A stretch of 64,000 nt of DNA. Source: Squalus acanthias (Eukaryota). The DNA is taken from NCBI GenBank assembly GCA_030390025.1, contig CM059432.1, positions 73,224,001-73,288,000 on the forward strand, in the 5' to 3' direction. Below are positions 62,660 through 64,000 of this stretch, piece by piece (the stretch's first letter is position 1; every line of letters begins with the position of its first letter). Made by a program: the position numbers and the translations under genes. Below the pieces are notes generated by a model. It saw nothing but the letters and a program-made list of their open reading frames with translations, had not been told where the DNA came from and did no database searches.

Positions 62660-64000
62660 GGCTGAAAAATTCAGCTCCTTAGTGCCCGATTTTTCAGTGC
62701 TATGGGTGCCGTTTTGTGACAAAAATGGGGTCCGCGCCACATGCACACAAATCTAGTGCATGCCACGCCAGATGCAATCTTGGTGAGGGCGTTAGCATCG
62801 GCGCTGGAAGCTGCAATACTGATTTGATGCTAGCGCTGCCATTTTCATCCTTAACGCTGGAACTAACGCCCTGTGTTAACCTCCCACAGCTGAACATGCG
62901 TTCAGCAGTAGCAAGAACCCCCTACCAGCGATATTTAAAGGGATCATCAACAACTCTAAGGCTAGTTGCTACTATTAATTTCTACTGGCTCTGTATAAGT
63001 TTGTGGAAATGTTTGTAGCTTTCTAGAGTTATTTAAAGTTGGTGAGGTGACAGCGAGTGGTGGTGCAAGTGGAGAAGCCTGGGTTCTGGTCAGACCATTG
63101 CTCCCAATCATGGGGGCTCTAGTTGTCACCCTCCTTGGCCTGCAGCATGACAGGGTGATGGAGCAGAGGCAGCGAAGAAGAGGACAAGCTGCTCTCAGAG
63201 GGAGGAGGAGGAGGGAGAGAAGGGCTCTCAGCAGGAGACCTTACATACCTAGGCAATTCCCTCACCTCAGCCTGAGCCAGGAGCAGTGTGTGAGGCATCT
63301 GTGCTTATGAAGGATGTGCTCACAGAATCCTGCCACCTCTTCCAACCAGACCTGCAGCTCACACCAGGGAAAGGACAGTGCTGCCAGAGGCTGTAAAGAT
63401 GACCGTGGCCCTGATTTTCCTCACATCGGGATCCTTCCAGGCTGGAGCAGGCGACATCTGTAACATCTCCCAGTTCAGTGTCCACTGCTGCATCAGAGAG
63501 GTGACAGAAGCTCTTTACGTCAGGGGAGGGGACTTCATTTTCTTCTCTCTGACCAGAGAGAAGCAGGCAGAGCGCGCACGTGGCTTTGCCAGGATAGCGG
63601 GCTTCCTCATGGTGCGGGCGCCGCATCTAAATGCTGAGATGCACGGCAACCGCAAAGTTTACCACTCGCTGAATGTGCAGCTGGTGTGTGACCATGCTCA
63701 GCACATCATGATAGTAAATGCCCGGTATCCTGGCAGCAGTCATGATGTTTTTATTCTGCGCCAGACCGCTGTTCCCTCAGTCTTTGAACCACCACGACAA
63801 ACCAGAGGGTGGCTACTGGGCGACAAGGTCTATCCGCTGATCACCTGGCTCACGACTCTGCTCTACAAACCAACCAGATGTAGGCCGCATGCATACAATG
63901 AGAGAAATGCTGCCACGTGGAATCTGTTAGAGCAGACCATTGGCGTCCTCCAACAATGCTTACGCTGCCTGGACTGTGCTGGAGGAGCCCTGCAGTACTC
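62660..64000. mobile_element. PIF/Harbinger transposon 3 (left part, runs off the window)
   Basis: Putative TIR GGCTGAAAAATT after TCT, (T)AGCG/CGCT subterminal repeats, and a transposase downstream. Confidence 0.82.
63110..64000 (+). pseudogene. Harbinger DDE transposase, frameshifted
   Basis: [44 protein letters not shown] and EQTIGVL motifs. The N-terminus resembles that of transposon 1. Confidence 0.88.

Overview
Vertebrate genomic DNA, most likely an elasmobranch (shark). This is inferred from the repeat repertoire: HE1-like V-SINE, SacSINE1-like DeuSINE, CR1 and L2 LINEs, and Penelope fragments. The only host-gene coding sequence I can support is the 102-bp first coding exon of TOX (HMG-box transcription factor) on the minus strand at 46234-46335, with a GC-rich promoter to its right. 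Positions 1-46233 are therefore presumably TOX intron 1 and 46336-64000 are 5'UTR and upstream sequence. The rest is a nested transposon landscape. It includes three decayed two-gene or partial PIF/Harbinger transposons (DDE transposase plus spliced Myb/SANT gene), many Harbinger-type MITEs with 3-bp TSDs, CR1/L2/RTE LINE fossils and a LINE with a tRNA-like head. It also has SINEs, a solo LTR and Penelope remnants with minimal hammerhead ribozyme motifs, one of them in a perfect 175-bp palindrome. Nearly all ORF-track entries are TE fragments or spurious. Family names come from my recall of consensus motifs, not a database search. Boundaries of old repeats are approximate.
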